In this document: positions 59,625 through 64,000 of the stretch, piece after piece
How the letters are laid out: each line of letters starts with the position of its first letter
Position numbering within the stretch: position 1 is the first letter of the stretch
Source of the DNA: Hormiphora californensis
Lineage: Eukaryota; Animalia; Ctenophora
Reading direction: 5' to 3'
DNA length: 64,000 nucleotides
NCBI GenBank assembly: GCA_020137815.1
Contig: CM035350.1
Span: forward strand, 558,001 to 622,000
Position numbers and translations under genes: made by a program
The notes under the pieces: model-generated
Told to the model about the DNA's origin: nothing
The model's database searches: none
The model's input: the letters and a program-made list of their open reading frames with translations, nothing else

Positions 59625-60536
59625 GGGAAGTCGACTCAACTAGACGGTGTCCAGATCCAGGATTCTAACAGAGATTCAATCAGAACTATTAACTTGGGAA
59701 GTTTAGAGCCGGACACTTTCCTGTACTCAAAAGAGGAAATGAGACAGTACACATGTAGTTTATGGGACCGGTCACTCAAATCATCGATTAACCATTTGAC
59801 TCGAGATGACCCTTTCAGCATACTTCCTATTCACTCTCAAGAAGAACTCGCCAACCTTATCAACTCAGAGGCCACTTTGGATTTCCCCATAATTCCAAGA
59901 AACATGTCCCGACAGAACTCATCTCAGGTCTTAGACTTTGTACATGGCAGATCCTTACGTTTTCAAGACTTCAGCTTCAGTTACCTGAGATACGAGCGAT
60001 CACTTACAGTTCCCAACTGTCTTGAATGTGGCCAACTCCCAGATTCAACATTCCACAAGTTGTTTGAATGTTCTGCGATAAAAGATGTGGAAGGGCCCCG
60101 TGAGGAACTAAGGGTGATATCTTCTTATGAAATGAACTTCCATCTTCCACTAATTTTCTCCAAAGACAAGCAGGTAAAATCGAACTTTAGAAAGCTAGTA
60201 AGAGCTGTAATAGAACAATCTTTATTTGGGGATCAACTGCTTGTGTAATGGGTTTATATTCTAATCAATTGTAAATGTATAACTGACCAGCCCGAGACGT
60301 ACACACTGTGTACGAATCGCACTCCACGGAGTGAATTTTTAACTAACTTATTTAATCAATTTACAATATATTTTAATCATTATCTAATCAGTATTTTAAT
60401 CGACATTTTATATTTTTTTGTATGAACTGACAGCTGAGAAAGTGTGAAAGAGACCTAGAGAGTTCCATTTTCCTCGCAAATAGGAGGGCAATATTGACAG
60501 TGTCAAATTATTGTAAACAGATTTAATAATAATAAA
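59625..60536 (+). mobile_element. 5'-truncated non-LTR retrotransposon (C-terminal CCHC region, ORF 59694-60248) with (AAT)n tail
   Basis: CLECGQLPDSTFHKLFEC; 14-bp TSD ataagactgggctg at 59611-59624 and 60537-60550. Confidence 0.8.
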
Positions 60537-60812
60537 ATAAGACTGGGCTGTGTTAATGCTGTGGTGAGCATTCGGTGGGCGGTGTGTGTCACCTGTCAGT
60601 CTCCTGGAGGCCTTTGAACATTTTTACGAATCAATATTGGCCGTTTTGAAATGTTAAATGTGGCATGTGCCAGTCACTCTTTCACCGAACAGTTCGTGCG
60701 TCGTGATATTATAGTTTAGTACCGACTATTACATAATCTATATACTTCTCAGCAGATAATAGCATCCTTTATTTTGTCTAACAGAAAGAGTCCACTTGTT
60801 TAGGTTAGTAAG

Positions 60813-61885
60813 ATGTCGGCCACGACATACGCTAACAAAAATGCAACATGCGTCTCCATGACGTCCACCAGTGGCGATTATAAGACTGGGAATGGGCCTA
60901 CAGGATCCTACTTGAATAAGACATCAACAGTATTTGCTCCCAATGATTGGCACAACTCCAACGCCATAATGTCAACAACCGCAGTGCGGCAACAAAACGG
61001 ATCCTTGGAGATTCGTCAGGCGGCAAGGCAGCTCCGAAACGATACTGATAGTTTGACTGACTGGGGTCAACATGACAACACCACCAGGCTGCATGATCGA
61101 ATGCAGGACACCACCGCCTGGAAGGAGAAGTTAGAACAGACCATTACTGATACTGATGTGGAGATTGCGTTGCTGACCAACCACAAGGAGAGGTGTGAGA
61201 CAGCACTACAGAACATGAACACACCATTTGAGGTGGCACAGGAGAACCTGAGTACACGGTCCATCAGAGTTTCTATCGATCTTGTAGAGGATGAAGTTAG
61301 CCAGGAACTCACCAGGGTAAGGGACCTTCTGTTAACAATCAGAGTTGTAGATAGATTTTAAATTCTATAATACCGGGGTTATGTCACCAAGTTTTCTAAT
61401 TCCACGTGTTGCAGGAGGTAGAGGTTATCAATGGGATCAAAGAGAAACTGAAACAAAAAGTTAACGAGGCTTTCCAACAAGTCTGGTAATAACCATTGGT
61501 GATCCATTCACAGTCATACAATGCAGAATACTTTCCTCATATCCCCCTTCCCTGTTTAGCGCCCTACAAGATGCCTACAATGCCATGTGTGATGACCTGG
61601 CAGACAAGATGCACTCACTGGATGTAGATCAACAATGTCATGGTCTCACCAACCAGTCTGCCAACATTGGGTTCCACAAGAATGCAACTAGGATTGCTAA
61701 GGACATTGTCCTGCCCGATGCCTGGGATTCCACACAGCAACTACAACACCCAACGTGCCAATAGTGAGATTAGAGCATCTACTGCACTTAGGGAAATGAT
61801 CAATAACACTATTGAGCAGACTGCCAACGATTTGGAGGCCCAGCGACTGAGGACAGAGTATGCGTTCAGGAAGCGAATACATGAG
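60813..61885 (+). CDS. TEKT2: Tektin-2 (tektin B)-like, 5' exons 60813-61316, 61415-61485, 61560-61885 (indel near 61730); gene incomplete in this window
   Basis: DWHNSN..IRQAARQLRNDT..HDNTTRL..WKEKL..DLVEDEV..EL|EVEVI..QKVNEAFQQ..NDLEAQRLRTEYAFRKRIHE closely parallels TEKT2; GT-AG introns in phase. Confidence 0.9.
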
Positions 61886-61964
61886 GTTTGTAGCATTTCT
61901 AGCAGTGTTACACAAAGCTACACATACTACACTAAATTGGAATAGGTTGTTATTGGCCCAATGT

Positions 61965-62680
61965 GTTGCTAAATATTCGTTATCCCCATCACCAGGTTAG
62001 ATGGCGAAAATTCGGTATCCCCCTCACCAGTTCAGATGGCTTAAAAGATTCGTATCTCCCTCACAGAGTTAGAAGGCTATAATATATTCGTTATACTCTC
62101 AACCAGGTTCAGAGTGTGCTAAAATCTCGTTCCCCCTCACCAGGTTCAGATGGCTAAATATCGTTATCCCCCTCAACCCAGTCAGATGGCTAAATATTTT
62201 CGTATCTGAGCTCACAGGCTTCAGATGGCTAAATGAGTCGTTATCCCCCGAACTGCAATGCAGGGAAATGATCCAAACACATTGAGCAGACTGCCAACGA
62301 TTTGGAGGCCCAGCGACTGAGGACAGAGTATGCGTTCAGGAAGCGAATACATGAGGTTTGTAGCATTTCTAGCAGTGTTACACAACTACACACTACTACA
62401 CTAATTGAATAGGTTGTTATTGGCCCCAATGTGTTGCTAAATATTCGTTATCCCCCTCACCAGGTTCAGATGGCGAAATATTCGTTATCCCCCTCACCAG
62501 GTTCAGATGGCTAAATATTCGTTATCTCCCTCACCAGGTTCAGATGGCTAAATATTCGTTATCTCCCTCACCAGGTTCAGATGGCTAAATATTCGTTATC
62601 CCCCTCACCAGGTTCAGATGGCTAAAAATATTCGTTATCTCCCTCACCAGGTTCAGATGGCTAAATATTCGTTATCCCCC
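61965..62680 (+). repeat. 37-bp tandem repeat (ccccctcaccaggttcagatggctaaatattcgttat) in two blocks, separated by a duplicate of the tektin exon-3 end
   Basis: About 7 noisy and 6 clean copies; 62263-62450 duplicates 61790-61980. Confidence 0.85.
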
Positions 62681-64000
62681 GAACTCAATGCCAAAGTGGA
62701 GAACTGTAAAACCATTGACTGGACGGCCTTCAAGAGACTCAAAAGAGAAAATAGCCAAACCGATCAATTCGATCTTACTGGATCTACATAATTTCTTGTG
62801 TCTTCTTCAAGAACTTGTACTCAAGTAATGTCTCAAGCAATCTGAAGATCACCCGGACAAGTTGATTTCTAGCAATGCACCAACACCAGCTGAACTGGAG
62901 ATCCAACAGATCATATACAAGAGGAAAAAAGAAGCACTTCTCTTTGAAATCTAACAAAAGTGCCTCCTTGATCTAATAAGGAACGAATGCTTAAAAATCT
63001 ATCTAGTGATATGAACGCTCTCACTCTTAAGCATCTAATGGCTCTCAGAACAGGTTGCTACCCATGGAATGCCTCAGTTACACCGTCTCCACAAAAAAGG
63101 TGACAAAGAGGAGCCAGACAATTACCGTGCCATAACACTCGGCAGCTGTCTTGGTAAGCTATTCTCATCATATTGCTTAGTCGCCTCATATCATTCAGGG
63201 CGAAAGTTGTCCAGATACAGCAACCAGCTAGGCTTTTGCAAAGGAGGACAAACTTCGGATCACCTCCTGTTCTGAAGACCATATTGGACAAATCTCAAGA
63301 AAAAGAGGTCAGGTGTACTCATGTTTTATCGACATCACAAAGCGCAGCTCGTTTGACCAGCAGCGGGAAGGTCACTCCTAAAAGCTAGCGGACATGGGGG
63401 TCGGCGGTAACTTCTTTCCTGTCTCCAGAATATGTACGAGGGATCAACTACGTGCATAAGGCTGGCGGAAAACTGTCTGAGTCGTTCTGCGTCCTAATCG
63501 GCACCGAACAGGGGCACCCCTTATCCCCCGAACTATTTAAAATGTTTGTTCACGAGCTATCCCATCTCTCAACGAAACACCAGGAACTTTCCCCCAACTT
63601 GACAACAAGCCAACCAATAACCTGATGGGGCGGACGACATTGTGGTCCTGGCTCTCAACAAGACTTCTTTACAGTCTCTTCTAGACACCCTGGGTCACTC
63701 ACAAGGACGTGGGAACTTGAAGTAATATTGACAAAACCCAGGTGTTAATTTTAACAAACAGGGCAGACTTCTACCGGAAAGCTATGGATTCAAGCTAAAT
63801 AACAAATCCTCAACCAACCAAGCACTATTGCTATCTGGGCTGATCTTCTCCGCAACAGGTTCCTCAAACAGCAATTGAAAACCTATCAACCAAAGGGAAA
63901 CGTGCAGTCTAGTTCTAAACGTACAATAAACTCACAGGCTCTCTCGGGCTGGAGTCTGATGAAGCTATTCGACCACCTAATTGCTCCCATCCTAACTTAC
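62680..64000 (+). mobile_element. Non-LTR retrotransposon RT region, frameshifted, running off the window
   Basis: KKGDKEEPDNYRAITLGSCLGKLF; QLGFCKG..TSDH; GTEQGHPLSPELF; ADDIVVLA; YCYLG. Confidence 0.85.

Noticed and set aside
61965-62680. CRISPR-like array of 37-bp repeats
   Set aside because: Head-to-tail repeats with no unique spacers, eukaryotic context, no cas genes

Overview
Eukaryotic animal genomic DNA, very rich in transposons, with locally error-prone sequence (many single-base indels, one 100-N gap). A ctenophore-like origin is my inference, from the GPCR type, the nested intronic gene and the short introns. Four host genes are supported. (1) A minus-strand PDI-family gene with a CPEC active site and C-terminal KDEL; four 3' exons lie across 16250-34896. 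(2) A large multi-exon minus-strand gene (~35243-45292) encoding a Pro/Thr-rich protein with unrecognised internal repeats and a dynein-stalk-like C-terminal motif. (3) An intronless rhodopsin-class GPCR (40972-42030) nested antisense in an intron of gene 2. (4) The 5' half of a tektin-2 gene (from 60813). The rest is mobile DNA: an intron-containing Merlin/ISXO2 transposon that also carries a second, CCHC zinc-knuckle ORF; a Penelope-like element with an inverted pLTR and a hammerhead-like motif, inside a Chapaev-like element, inside a Harbinger MITE; CR1/L2-, RTE-, CRE- and other LINE copies; many MITEs, foldbacks and micro/minisatellites. Most ORFs in the supplied track are spurious. Family assignments rest on recognised motifs, not database searches.
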